Source of the DNA: Thermoplasmata archaeon
Lineage (GTDB): Archaea > Thermoplasmatota > Thermoplasmata > RBG-16-68-12
Direction of reading: 5' to 3'
Assembly (NCBI GenBank): GCA_035283365.1
Contig: DATETY010000008.1
Coordinates: 1-64,000, forward strand
DNA: 64,000 bases
Shown here: positions 36,923 through 46,427 of the stretch, in pieces
Layout: every line of letters begins with the position of its first letter
Position numbering within the stretch: the stretch's first letter is position 1
Program-made: the position numbers and the translations under genes
Notes under the pieces: generated by a model
Told to the model about the DNA's origin: nothing
Seen by the model: only the letters and a program-made list of their open reading frames with translations
The model's database searches: none

Positions 36923-38590
36923 ATGTGGGCTTTCATGGCCGACCCGAACGCCCCCGGCGGCGGGATTCCGCGCCGCTCGTTCCTCAAGTATGCCGCCATC
37001 GGCGGGTTCGCAGCGTGGGGCGCCGCCTCCGCGTACGCGTACCCGATCGGCTGGCGCCGATGGATCGAGTACGGTCGGAAGCCGTGGGAGGTCGACCTCG
37101 GCGTCGTGGATTACGACCGCGTGCCCGACGCGGATGGCACGATGGACGCGGTGCCGCAGTACTACCTGACGGGACCGCCCGAGCGGAAGATCCTCAACGT
37201 GGCTCAGTGGTATGACTACTGGCCGGGGACCGTCGTCCGGGACTTCGCCACCTACATGGAGGACAAGTTCGGCCTTTCCGGCTGCGCGATCCGGTGGACC
37301 TCGAACATCTATACGTCCAACGAGGAACTCTTCACGTGGATCAGCCAGACGGGTCGGAAGTTCGACGTGATGGTGCCGACGAACTACACCGTGGAGACGA
37401 TGGACAAGGCGGGTTACCTCGTCAACCTCAACAGGGCGTGGCTCCCGAACTACGACGGGATGTTCGGCCTCCTACCCTCGGACGCGAAGATCGCGGAGAT
37501 CGAGAGCCGAATCTGGCGGCCCGAGTTTTACACGTGGGTGCCATCGTACCCGCGGTTCCCGAACGGGTACAACAACCACGCGGGGTACGACTTCCGCTCT
37601 CCGAATGCGAACGGCTACCAATACCGGATGAACGCGGCAACGTATCCGGACCCGCGGGGTACGGACTACATCACGTGGGACGAGCAAAACAGCCTCGTCG
37701 CGGTCCCGTACCAGTGGGGCACGACGGGGATTGGGTATCGGAGCGACGTGTTTGCCCGTGCCGACATCGAGGACCTCGGATGGGAGGTCTTTGAACTGAC
37801 GACGTACCGGAACAGCGTCACAGGCCAGACGTTCGACCTCACGAAGAAGAAGATGATGCTCGACGACATGCGGGAGGTCTTCACGGCGGCCCTCAAAGCG
37901 GTCGGGTGGAAACGGCAGGAGGCAGACGGGCTCACCCCGAGTGGCGTCGTCGGCTCGAACGGGCAGTACCAGTGGTCCAGCAACGCGCTCCCGCTTGACG
38001 AGGTCGACGCCGAGAAGGTCACCGCGGCCCAGGACTGGCTCCTGTCGTGGCGCGGCGGCGCGTGGGGATTCAACACGCCGCAGCAGGGACCCTGGCTCGT
38101 CTCGAAGCAGATGTACGTGGACCAGGCCTGGTCCGGGGACATCATGTACGCGGTCCGCCCCAACTCCTCCCAGTTCCTCCCCGTCGAGTACTTCGTCCCG
38201 AATCCAGGAGGGGCGCGCTGGATCGACAACATGGTCATCCACCGGGAGTCCGAGAAGCTCTGGCTCGCGCACCAGTTCATCAACTACATCCACGACCCCC
38301 TCGTCCAGGCGGACATCTCCACGTGGAACCTGTACGCAAGCCCGAACGCCTGGTCGTTCCAGCTACTCCATCAGGACACGTCGTACAGTTACACGGGGCT
38401 GAAGCCGGACGGGAGCCCGTATTACTTCAATCCCGCAGAGGACCACCGGATCTACGCGGACTTCGCGATCGGCTACGGGGACGACCCCGTCGCACAGCCT
38501 CCGATCTTGGAACGCTGCGAATACCAGAAGGACGTCGGCGTGAGGAACACGCTACGGTACCTCAGCTATTGGCGGGCCGTGAAGTTCTGA
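36923..38590 (+). CDS. potD: extracellular solute-binding protein, PotD-like, with a Tat signal
   Basis: Twin-arginine motif IPRRSFLKYAAIGG. PotD-like core KILNVAQWYDYWPGTVVRDFATYMEDKFG. Unusually long at about 550 aa. Confidence 0.7.
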   Translation: MWAFMADPNAPGGGIPRRSFLKYAAIGGFAAWGAASAYAYPIGWRRWIEYGRKPWEVDLGVVDYDRVPDADGTMDAVPQYYLTGPPERKILNVAQWYDYWPGTVVRDFATYMEDKFGLSGCAIRWTSNIYTSNEELFTWISQTGRKFDVMVPTNYTVETMDKAGYLVNLNRAWLPNYDGMFGLLPSDAKIAEIESRIWRPEFYTWVPSYPRFPNGYNNHAGYDFRSPNANGYQYRMNAATYPDPRGTDYITWDEQNSLVAVPYQWGTTGIGYRSDVFARADIEDLGWEVFELTTYRNSVTGQTFDLTKKKMMLDDMREVFTAALKAVGWKRQEADGLTPSGVVGSNGQYQWSSNALPLDEVDAEKVTAAQDWLLSWRGGAWGFNTPQQGPWLVSKQMYVDQAWSGDIMYAVRPNSSQFLPVEYFVPNPGGARWIDNMVIHRESEKLWLAHQFINYIHDPLVQADISTWNLYASPNAWSFQLLHQDTSYSYTGLKPDGSPYYFNPAEDHRIYADFAIGYGDDPVAQPPILERCEYQKDVGVRNTLRYLSYWRAVKF

Positions 38591-38603
38591 GGGCCTGCGG
38601 GCC

Positions 38604-40721
38604 CTACCCGGTCGTCTCGGGCCCGAACTCGATGTACGGGAACCCTTCGAGCGGGAGGACGTTGTCCGCGACGCCCCAGGAGTGCGGCCCCGCGATCGAC
38701 ACGACGTTCGCCCGCGGATCGTACAGGTAGTAGTTCCCCGACGGCCGGATGAGGCGCAGCTCCAGATGGGACATGAACGTCACGTAGTCGCCGATCTTCT
38801 CCGTGGGGTTCCACACGGAGCGCACGGGGTCGTACCACGGCACCTCGAACCGGGGCATCACGAGGGTCAGGGTCGATCCCTCGGGGAGAGGCCATCGGTT
38901 CGGCGGGACGAGGAACTCGCTCGGCACGCCGTACGCGTAGCTGCCCGGGGCCAGGTGAACGTTATCCAAGCCGACATACCAGCGGAGCTCCGAGTTCGGG
39001 AAGCCGGAGGCGCCGTTGCTCCCGCTCGCGGAATGGGGCACGTAATCCATCAAGTACGGCTGGAACACCCACGCGGGCCGGTCGTCCGCGGTCCGCGCGA
39101 GCCCGTCGGGCCCGAGGTTCGCCCACGCCTCGAAGTGGTATCCCTGGTAGGCGACGAAGTCCAGGTCGAGGGCGTTCGTGATCCGCCCCTGGATCGTCGC
39201 ATGCTCGCACCAGCACGTCTCCATCGGGCTCCAGCCCGCCGGGCGGATCGCCCCGTACGGGAGAGTGGACGTGCACGGGATCGGGGGCGTCACGGTCTCC
39301 GTGTCCAGGCCCTGCTGGCACACGGCTCGCTGGTACGACGAATTGCCCCAGTAGAACCAGCGGGCCTGGAGGACGTCCCAGCCCCAGCCCGCCGTGAAGA
39401 TCTGGACCCTCGTCGTCCCGTCATCCTGGACGGTCGAGTTGAGCCACGTGAAGTCGACCTCGTAGAACCACTCGAACCCGTTGTAGATGTCGTACTTCCC
39501 GTTCCCCATCCGTTCCTGCCAGGACTGGAAGGCGGCCTCCGCGGCCCCCGGGTTCCTCGGGGACGCGTTCGTGTTCGCGTCCCACCACGTGCGGGCCTCC
39601 GTCGCGTTCGTCGCCTCGACCCCGAAGATCCGACGGGAGGTCGCGAGGTCCATCGTGTAGTTGCCTCGGAGGACGTACCCGAAACCGTCCGCGTAGTACT
39701 TTCGGTTCACGGAGAAGGGGGTCGTGCGCAGCTCGTTCGCGAGGGCGGAGTCGAGGTACTCCATCGAGAGATCGAAGTCCACGTAGCCGTTCGGGTCCAC
39801 GGGCTCTCCGTAGTCGGCCACGGGGAGGATCACGGGCTCCGAGATGTTGTAGGCCCCGTGGTTCCGCACCTTGGCGTCCCAGCGGTACAGCGTGTACACG
39901 TACGACGGGTTGATCGCCTGGAATTCGACGTCCGCGGAGAACAAGACCCACGGGTAGTAGTCCGTGCACGGTACGGTGTTCAGGAGGACCTGGTCCCCGT
40001 ACGTGTTGTACCGGGCGTTCCAGTAGTCCTCGTACGGGCAGCCCGCTTCGAAGTACTGGTCCGTCACGATGTCGACCGTGGTGCTCGCAGGGCTCACGTA
40101 GCGGGACGTGGTGGCGCTCCGGCTGAGGCTGTCCGTGACCTCGAGGGTCACGATGCGCCGCCCCGCACTCGCATACGTGTGCGCGACCTCCGCGCCGCTC
40201 GCGTTCCCGCCGTCGCCGAAGTCCCACTCGTACGAGACGATGTTCCGACCGAGCGCATGGTACGAACCCGTCGCGTTGAACGTGACCGTGAAGCGGTCAT
40301 GCCGGGCGATGAAGTGGGGCACCGGGACGACCGTGATGGTCAGGGCCTGCGTCGTGGACCCCGCGGCGCCTCGGGTGTCCGCGACGGTCAGGGTCACCTG
40401 GAACGGGCCCTCGTCTGCGTACGTGTGGGACGCCTGCCGCCCTTGCCCCGTCTCGCCGTCGCCCCAATCCCAGGCATACGAGGCGACCGCCCCCTCCGGA
40501 TCGGAGGAGTTGCCCCCGTCCGCGATCACGCGCAAGTCCTTGAGGCGCATCGTGAACGCGGCGGCCGGCGGGTTGTTCGGCGCGGCGAGCAGGATCCACG
40601 CCCCCACGCCGCCCGCGATCACGACGGCCGCGACGACGATGAGGAGCAGGAGCGGCCGCCGTTTCCCAGGAGCCGCCGGCTCGATCCCGCCTGGAGCGAC
40701 CGACCCGGGTTCCGACGCCAT
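38604..40721 (-). CDS. surface protein: N-terminal TM anchor, two PKD domains and a large unrecognised Trp/Tyr/Asn-rich domain (paralog 1 of 4)
   Basis: ATG at 40721 after GGGGAGG. TM LLLLIVVAAVVIAGGVGAWILLAA. PKD motifs SYAWDWGDG and SYEWDFGDG. The C-terminal domain carries NGKYDIYNGFEWFY and TAGWGWDVLQARWFYWGN. Many N-x-S/T sequons. Confidence 0.8.
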   Translation of the reverse strand: MASEPGSVAPGGIEPAAPGKRRPLLLLIVVAAVVIAGGVGAWILLAAPNNPPAAAFTMRLKDLRVIADGGNSSDPEGAVASYAWDWGDGETGQGRQASHTYADEGPFQVTLTVADTRGAAGSTTQALTITVVPVPHFIARHDRFTVTFNATGSYHALGRNIVSYEWDFGDGGNASGAEVAHTYASAGRRIVTLEVTDSLSRSATTSRYVSPASTTVDIVTDQYFEAGCPYEDYWNARYNTYGDQVLLNTVPCTDYYPWVLFSADVEFQAINPSYVYTLYRWDAKVRNHGAYNISEPVILPVADYGEPVDPNGYVDFDLSMEYLDSALANELRTTPFSVNRKYYADGFGYVLRGNYTMDLATSRRIFGVEATNATEARTWWDANTNASPRNPGAAEAAFQSWQERMGNGKYDIYNGFEWFYEVDFTWLNSTVQDDGTTRVQIFTAGWGWDVLQARWFYWGNSSYQRAVCQQGLDTETVTPPIPCTSTLPYGAIRPAGWSPMETCWCEHATIQGRITNALDLDFVAYQGYHFEAWANLGPDGLARTADDRPAWVFQPYLMDYVPHSASGSNGASGFPNSELRWYVGLDNVHLAPGSYAYGVPSEFLVPPNRWPLPEGSTLTLVMPRFEVPWYDPVRSVWNPTEKIGDYVTFMSHLELRLIRPSGNYYLYDPRANVVSIAGPHSWGVADNVLPLEGFPYIEFGPETTG

Positions 40722-40870
40722 GGTACGCCTCCCCTACCTCTGTCAACGCGAGTGGACGCTCCGCGGGTGACGCGCGGGACCGCGCGCTCCGCGGAGGCCC
40801 GAAGCGCATCTGAACGTAGCTCGCCGCGGCCTGGCCGCGTCGCGTGCCTCGGCCTTCCGATATCCCACGC

Positions 40871-43507
40871 TCATCCCGCCCAGTGCCTATCGGTCTCGAC
40901 CCGAATGGGAACGACCGCCAGGTCCAAGGCCTGCCCCGGTCCGCGAGATACGCGCCAACTGGCCTCCACACCGGCGGATCCGGCCGAAGGCGCGGATGCA
41001 GGGGGTGCGCCGGCGCCGCTGCCCGGCTCGAACGTGATTCCGCCCCACGGTACGAGCGCGTAGTCGTCATCCGCGGTCCCGGGCACCCCGTCGGGTCCGG
41101 GAGACCCCGTCGGACCGTTCGTCGGGTCCGGCCCGATCACGGTCCACGTGTTCGTCGCGGCGGCCCACGCCCCGAACGACGTGGGGGTCGTACTCGAGTA
41201 GGTGAGGGGCGCCCGCAGTTCGACGTACTCCCCGGCCAGCGGATCTGCGCCGATCGGCGTGTCGTTCGGCTCGTAGAAGACGACGTTCGCGGTGGGGAAC
41301 TCGAACCGCCACGTCTGACCCGCGTCGAGGTCCCACGCGATCGGGACGTAGTCGTACGGCTTGTCCTGACCGTACGGGACCCCGCCCGGCGTCGAGTGGG
41401 TGTACGAGTAGTTCGCATCGGGGTACCGCTCGAGCTCCGTGAACGGGCCGACGGGCGCGCCGACCTCCGCGTAGTCCGTGAGGATCGGTCCCCACGACCA
41501 CACGGGGATGTCGTCCACCTGGTCGAAGCCGTTCTGGTTCGGGAGAACCGTGTGCTGCCAGTGGTACTGCATCGCGGAATCCAGGGTGAAGTTGAACCCG
41601 CTCGCGCCCATGTCGCCCGACATGACGAGGTCCTCGAACCACGCGAGCTCCATCCCCCACCACCCGGCGGCCTTCGTCGAGTCGAGGTAGTTGTCCGCGT
41701 ACGAGGCGTTGCCCCAGTAGAACATCCGCGCGAGGAGGACCTCCGTCCCCCAGGCAGCGTGCTCGATGGAGACGTGCGTGGTCCCGTCCAGGTCGACCGT
41801 CGCCGAGATGTTCGTCCAGAACGGGCTGTAGAAGTATTCGAAGCTGTTGTAGATGTCGTACTTCCCGTTCCCGAGGTCGAAGAACCAGTCCTCCACGGAT
41901 ATCTCGAACGACGTCTCGGGGATGCACACGCCGTTCAAGGCGGTCGCCCACCACGCCGTGGCAGTCGCCGGGTCCACCGCGACGACGCCGAACATGCGCC
42001 TGGACTGTTGCAGATCCATCGTCAGGTTGATCCACGCCTGGATCTCGAACCCGTCCCGCGTATTGATGTTGTTCGGCGCGGGGCAGCCGGCCGCGCGCCG
42101 CGCCAGGGCCGCCGAGTGCGTGAGGTACTGCAGCTGCAGGTCGAAGTCGAGGCGGGACCCGGGCGCCTGGCCGTACTCCAGGACGGGCAGGAACACGGGC
42201 TCGGAGCGGTTGTAGCCGCCCACGTTCATCCCAGTCGCGTTGAACCGATACGGGGCGTAGATCATCGGGTTGTTGTTCGGGTTCCCGGGCTGGAACGATC
42301 CGGGCAGCGGGTACCAGTTCGTGTACGGGAACGCGGAGGTGTCGTTCACGTTCGGATCGGTCGGCCCGCAGAGGCCGTCTGCGATCGACTCGGGGCTGAA
42401 GCACTCCGCGTTGATCGGGAGGTCGCCGTACGTGCCTGTCCGCATGTCCCACCACTCCCCGTACGGCACGTTGAAGAAGTCGTAGTACTCGTAGTCGAGC
42501 GTCGACGCCGCGGCGGTCACGACGGCGGTCGCGTTTCCCGTGTTGCCGAGCGAATCCGTGACCCGCAGTCGAATCGTGTACCGGCCCGCGGCCGAATACG
42601 TGTGCGTCGCGGTCGGCGATGCGCCGGTCGCCTCGAACGTCCCGTCGTTCTGGAAGTCCCATGCGTACGTCGCGATGTCGTTCTCCGGGTCCGTCGAGGC
42701 GCTCGCGTTCACGTCGACGCGGAGCAAGGTCCGGGTCGCGTCGAACCGCGCGGTGGGAGCGCCTGGAGCCGGCTCGACGTCCACCGTGACGCTCCCGGTA
42801 ATCGTCGTCGCGATCGTGTCGCGCACGGTGATCGTGACGCTGCCGATCGTCCGGAGGACGACGTTCGAGAACGTCCGGACGCCTGAATCCCCGGCCACGA
42901 ACGCGGTGTTCGGAGGCAGGGTCGCGAGTGCATCGTCCGAGCTGAACGTGGCGGTCCCCGTGTAGCCCGTCGCGTCCGCGACCCCTTTCTTCGCGCGGAC
43001 GGTCAGCGTGATCGGCGTGCTCTCGACCGGGGTCGTGTCCGACGCGGTCACCTGGAACTGGACCGCCTCAATCGTAATCTCGGCGGAGTCGTTCCGGCTC
43101 GCGGAGCCGAGGGTCGCCGTAACGGTCACGTTCACGACGCCGGCCTCGATGGCCCGCACGTCCGCGCGCGAGTCGTCGGCCTGGGGCGTGACCTGGGCCC
43201 GCGAGGTGGGAGCCCGGGACCATGCGAACGCGACGTCCGCCGTGCGATCCGCGCCCGCCGTATCGTACGCGCGGGCGGTCACGGTGAGCTGACTGCCCTG
43301 GTCCATCGTCTGGGCCGCGGTGAGCTCGACCCGGTCGAGGGTCGGGGCGGCAGGGGGCGCGGAAAGGAGCACGAAGGCGACGCCGCCGATGAGCGCGACG
43401 ACGAGCACGGCCACGATAACGAGCGCGACGACCTTCCGGCTGCCCGTCGCCGGTCCCGCGGGCGCGGGCGCGGGTGCAGGCGCGGGCGGAATCTCCCCTT
43501 GAGCCAC
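40871..43507 (-). CDS. surface protein: TM anchor, Ig-like repeats, one PKD domain and the shared unrecognised domain (paralog 2)
   Basis: Start re-called as GTG at 43507, preceded by GGAGAGGGGG and a TATTTATAC box at 43558..43570. The 240-nt upstream extension in the ORF track is Arg-rich filler. Motifs YYDFFNVPYGEWWD, GNGKYDIYNSFEYFY, AWGTEVLLARMFYWGN, GWWGME. Confidence 0.75.
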   Translation of the reverse strand: MAQGEIPPAPAPAPAPAGPATGSRKVVALVIVAVLVVALIGGVAFVLLSAPPAAPTLDRVELTAAQTMDQGSQLTVTARAYDTAGADRTADVAFAWSRAPTSRAQVTPQADDSRADVRAIEAGVVNVTVTATLGSASRNDSAEITIEAVQFQVTASDTTPVESTPITLTVRAKKGVADATGYTGTATFSSDDALATLPPNTAFVAGDSGVRTFSNVVLRTIGSVTITVRDTIATTITGSVTVDVEPAPGAPTARFDATRTLLRVDVNASASTDPENDIATYAWDFQNDGTFEATGASPTATHTYSAAGRYTIRLRVTDSLGNTGNATAVVTAAASTLDYEYYDFFNVPYGEWWDMRTGTYGDLPINAECFSPESIADGLCGPTDPNVNDTSAFPYTNWYPLPGSFQPGNPNNNPMIYAPYRFNATGMNVGGYNRSEPVFLPVLEYGQAPGSRLDFDLQLQYLTHSAALARRAAGCPAPNNINTRDGFEIQAWINLTMDLQQSRRMFGVVAVDPATATAWWATALNGVCIPETSFEISVEDWFFDLGNGKYDIYNSFEYFYSPFWTNISATVDLDGTTHVSIEHAAWGTEVLLARMFYWGNASYADNYLDSTKAAGWWGMELAWFEDLVMSGDMGASGFNFTLDSAMQYHWQHTVLPNQNGFDQVDDIPVWSWGPILTDYAEVGAPVGPFTELERYPDANYSYTHSTPGGVPYGQDKPYDYVPIAWDLDAGQTWRFEFPTANVVFYEPNDTPIGADPLAGEYVELRAPLTYSSTTPTSFGAWAAATNTWTVIGPDPTNGPTGSPGPDGVPGTADDDYALVPWGGITFEPGSGAGAPPASAPSAGSAGVEASWRVSRGPGQALDLAVVPIRVETDRHWAG

Positions 43508-43607
43508 AGTCCCCCTCTCCCATGGTGTCGAATGGGCGGGGTCTGTAAGGCGCAGGGCGTATAAATAGTCAAACGCGCACGGTCGGACGAGGGCCGAACG
43601 GAATCCC

Positions 43608-43665
43608 TTTTCATCAATCTGATGAAAACGGAAAGGGGGAAGGGGCGTCGCCCTTCCCTTTGTGC
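43608..43665 (-). terminator. perfect palindrome plus GC hairpin and T-rich tract downstream of the paralog-3 stop
   Basis: TTTTCATCAATCTGATGAAAA (9-bp arms) at 43608..43628. Imperfect GC hairpin gggaaggggcg-tcg-cccttccc at 43632..43662. On the minus strand the hairpin is followed by CCTTTCCGTTTTCATC. Confidence 0.45.
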
Positions 43666-43667
43666 GG

Positions 43668-46244
43668 CTACTCGGGCCGGGACGAGGACGCAACGGCCGC
43701 AGCCGGGCCCGGCGGGCCAGCCGAGACCGCGGACGTCGCCGGCTCACCGGAGGCGGGTGTCGACGCGGACGGCGTGTATGTGCCGACCACCGGCGTCAAG
43801 GCGCCCTCGGTCACGGTGACGATCTGCGCCGCGGGGGTGTTGTAGCCCGCGACCGGTTCGAACTGGACCCGGTACGTCCCGGGCCGCATGGACTGCCACA
43901 TGCCCCAGTCGTTCCGGGCCATGCCATCCACGAAGACGGTCGCCGCCAGGGCGGGGTCGGTCGTCACGCGCAGCGAACCGTGCCGGACGAAGATGCCGTC
44001 GTACACGGTCGTATCCATCGCGCGCACCTCGCGGATCACGGGCGCAGGCGGCTCGAGGCCGTACACGGTCGTGAACGAGATCGTGTACATGCCGGGCGCG
44101 AGCTTGACCCATGTGAGGCCCCACTGGTCCCGCGGCACGCCGTCCACGTTGATCACGGCCGGCGAGGCGGGGTTCGTCGTCGCGCGGAGCAGGCCGAACG
44201 AGGACGGGTCGGGCCCCGGGGCTCCCGGGGTCGCGGTGAAGGGACCTGGCACGTGCCGGAACTCTCCCGGCGCCAGGGTCACCGTGATCGGGGCCGGGGG
44301 CGTGAAGCCCGCCACGAGGCCGAACGAGATCGTGTACGTCCCCGCTGGCAAGGCGGACCACATCCCCCAGTCGTTCCTCGGGATGCCGTTCAGGGAGATC
44401 GTCGACGGCACGGCGGGCTCCGTCGTGACGCGGAGAGACGCGTGGATCGCGTACGTCCCCTCGACCACGGTGGTCTGGCCGCGCTGGATGTTGATCGGCT
44501 GAGGCGCCGGCGCGCCGAGTCCCACGAGCTCGCCGAACGACACCGTGTGCGGTCCGGGGGCCATCTTGACCCACGTGAGGCCCCACTCGTCCCGCGGCAC
44601 GCCGTCCACGTAGATCTTCGTCGGGACCGCCGGGTTCGTCGTCGCCCGGAGGAGACCCGTCCCGGGGCTGAAGCGGATTGCGCCCTGCTCGAAGAGCGGA
44701 TAGTTGCCCGGGGAGCCGGGGAGCCCGCCCGTCGTCGTCGGGCCCGTCAACGTCCACATCCCGGCGATGGGGTCCCAGCTGCCGTACATCCCGGGGGTCG
44801 TCGAGTGGTACGTGAGCGGCGCCCGGATCTCCACGAACGCGCCCGTCGTCGGGTCGGACCCGAGGGGCGTCAGGTTCGGATCGTAGTAGACCACGTCCGT
44901 CGTGGGGAACGTGAACCGGAGCGTCTCGTAGTCCTGCAGGTCCCACGTGATCGGGACGAAATCATAGCACACGTTCTGGCCGTACAGGGGGCTGCCCGGG
45001 ACCGCCTTGAGATACTCCGTGTCGTCCGCGTTGCACGGCGTCCCGTCGGGGCCCACGTACCGGTCCAGCTCGGACACCAGGTGCTTCGGGCTCCAGTCGT
45101 TCGTGTAGTCCGTCAGGATCGGGCCCCACGTCCAGAACGGGATGTCGTCGACCCGGTCGAAGCCGTTCGCGGCGGGGAACGTGCTCAGCTGGAAGTGGTA
45201 CTGCATGATCGAGCTCAGGGAGAAGTCGTGATCCGCGGTGCCGAAGGAACCGGCGAACACGAAGTCCTCGAACCATCCGAGCTCCATCCCCCACCACCCC
45301 TGGCGCTGGGAGGAATCGAGGTAGTTCGCGGCATATGTCGCGGCTCCCCAGTAGAACCAGCGAGCGAGGAGGACCTCCGTCCCCCAGGCCACATGGTCGA
45401 TCGTGACGGTCGTCACGCCGCTGTCTGCCACGGAGGCGGTCATCTGCGTGTAGAACGAGTAGTAGTAGTACTCGAAGCTGTTCGCGATGTCGTACGGGCC
45501 GACCGAGTTCGCGGGGCCGCCCTGGGATACGAACCAGCCGCCGACAGCGGCCTCGGCTCCGCCTTCAGAGAGGCAGGCGGGGTCGATACCCGTCGTGGCG
45601 CTCGACCACCAGGATCGTGCGCCTGCGGCCGTCGTGATCGCGGGATTCACACCGAAGATGCGCTTCGACTCCTGCAGGTCGAGGGTCACCGTGATCTGTG
45701 ACCGGATGTTGAAGCCGTCGAGAGAACGCCCGGACACGGGGCAACCGAGGGCCGCGAGGGCGTCTGCCTGGGCGCGCGTCAGGTACTGCATGCGCCAGTC
45801 GAAGTCGAGCTGCGTCCCCGCAGCCGCGGCCGGGTTGAGCACGGGGAAGTACACGGGCTGCGCGAGGCTGTACCCGGGGATCTCCGTGCCTGCCACGCTG
45901 AACCGGTAGGGTGCGTAGACGAACGGGTTGTTCCCGGGGCCGCCAGGCCGGATCGAGCCGGGGGCGGGATACCAGTTCGTGTACGGATACTGGGACGGGT
46001 TCGCGCACGTCGTCGGCGCGAAGCACAACGCATTGATCGGGAGATCGCCGTACTTATCGTTCCGGTAGTCCCACCACTCCCCGAACGGCACGTCGAAGAA
46101 GTCCCGGTACTCGAACGAGAGGCTCGGCGTCTGCATCGGGTCCGGCGGGGATGTAGAAGACGCGGCCAGGCTGGCGCGCGAGGGCGCGAAGGCCAACACG
46201 GCGTATGCGCTCGCGGCGACGATCAAGCTCACAGCGAGTCCCAC
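43668..46244 (-). CDS. secreted protein: signal peptide, the shared unrecognised domain at the N-terminus, then four PEGA-like repeats (paralog 3)
   Basis: GTG at 46244. Signal peptide MGLAVSLIVAASAYAVLAFAPSRA. Motifs EYRDFFDVPFGEWWDY, YDIANSFEYYYYSF, AWGTEVLLARWFYWG. C-terminus has four repeats of about 75 aa (LRATTNPAVPTKIYVDGVPRDEWGLTWVKMAPGPHTVSFGELVGL...). Confidence 0.8.
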   Translation of the reverse strand: MGLAVSLIVAASAYAVLAFAPSRASLAASSTSPPDPMQTPSLSFEYRDFFDVPFGEWWDYRNDKYGDLPINALCFAPTTCANPSQYPYTNWYPAPGSIRPGGPGNNPFVYAPYRFSVAGTEIPGYSLAQPVYFPVLNPAAAAGTQLDFDWRMQYLTRAQADALAALGCPVSGRSLDGFNIRSQITVTLDLQESKRIFGVNPAITTAAGARSWWSSATTGIDPACLSEGGAEAAVGGWFVSQGGPANSVGPYDIANSFEYYYYSFYTQMTASVADSGVTTVTIDHVAWGTEVLLARWFYWGAATYAANYLDSSQRQGWWGMELGWFEDFVFAGSFGTADHDFSLSSIMQYHFQLSTFPAANGFDRVDDIPFWTWGPILTDYTNDWSPKHLVSELDRYVGPDGTPCNADDTEYLKAVPGSPLYGQNVCYDFVPITWDLQDYETLRFTFPTTDVVYYDPNLTPLGSDPTTGAFVEIRAPLTYHSTTPGMYGSWDPIAGMWTLTGPTTTGGLPGSPGNYPLFEQGAIRFSPGTGLLRATTNPAVPTKIYVDGVPRDEWGLTWVKMAPGPHTVSFGELVGLGAPAPQPINIQRGQTTVVEGTYAIHASLRVTTEPAVPSTISLNGIPRNDWGMWSALPAGTYTISFGLVAGFTPPAPITVTLAPGEFRHVPGPFTATPGAPGPDPSSFGLLRATTNPASPAVINVDGVPRDQWGLTWVKLAPGMYTISFTTVYGLEPPAPVIREVRAMDTTVYDGIFVRHGSLRVTTDPALAATVFVDGMARNDWGMWQSMRPGTYRVQFEPVAGYNTPAAQIVTVTEGALTPVVGTYTPSASTPASGEPATSAVSAGPPGPAAAVASSSRPE

Positions 46245-46427
46245 GAGGACCCTTCGACTCGAAACGGAAATCGTACTACCCCCTCCCCGGTCCCACGCAC
46301 AACAGGAAGCAATGACGGAGTGCCGGGATTGGACTTAAGGTTATCTCACAGTACCAGAGACGATAACGAGGGGCCGCGGAAGCCGGATCGGATCCGTGAG
46401 CGCATCGCGGTGGCCGGCCGTCGTCGC

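Noticed and set aside
43508-43747. 80-codon N-terminal extension of surface-protein paralog 2 (MSRRRPRSRLARRARLRP...)
   Set aside because: Arg-rich. Runs through the TATA-like box and palindromes of the intergenic region. A GTG with a strong GGAGAGGGGG RBS at 43507 gives a sensible signal-anchor start.
38682-45701. Several long plus-strand and alternate-frame ORFs (for example 38682..41063, 41067..42662, 43662..45701, 43744..44946)
   Set aside because: All lie antisense or out of frame within the giant surface-protein genes. They are compositionally Arg/Gly/Asp-rich with no domain signatures.
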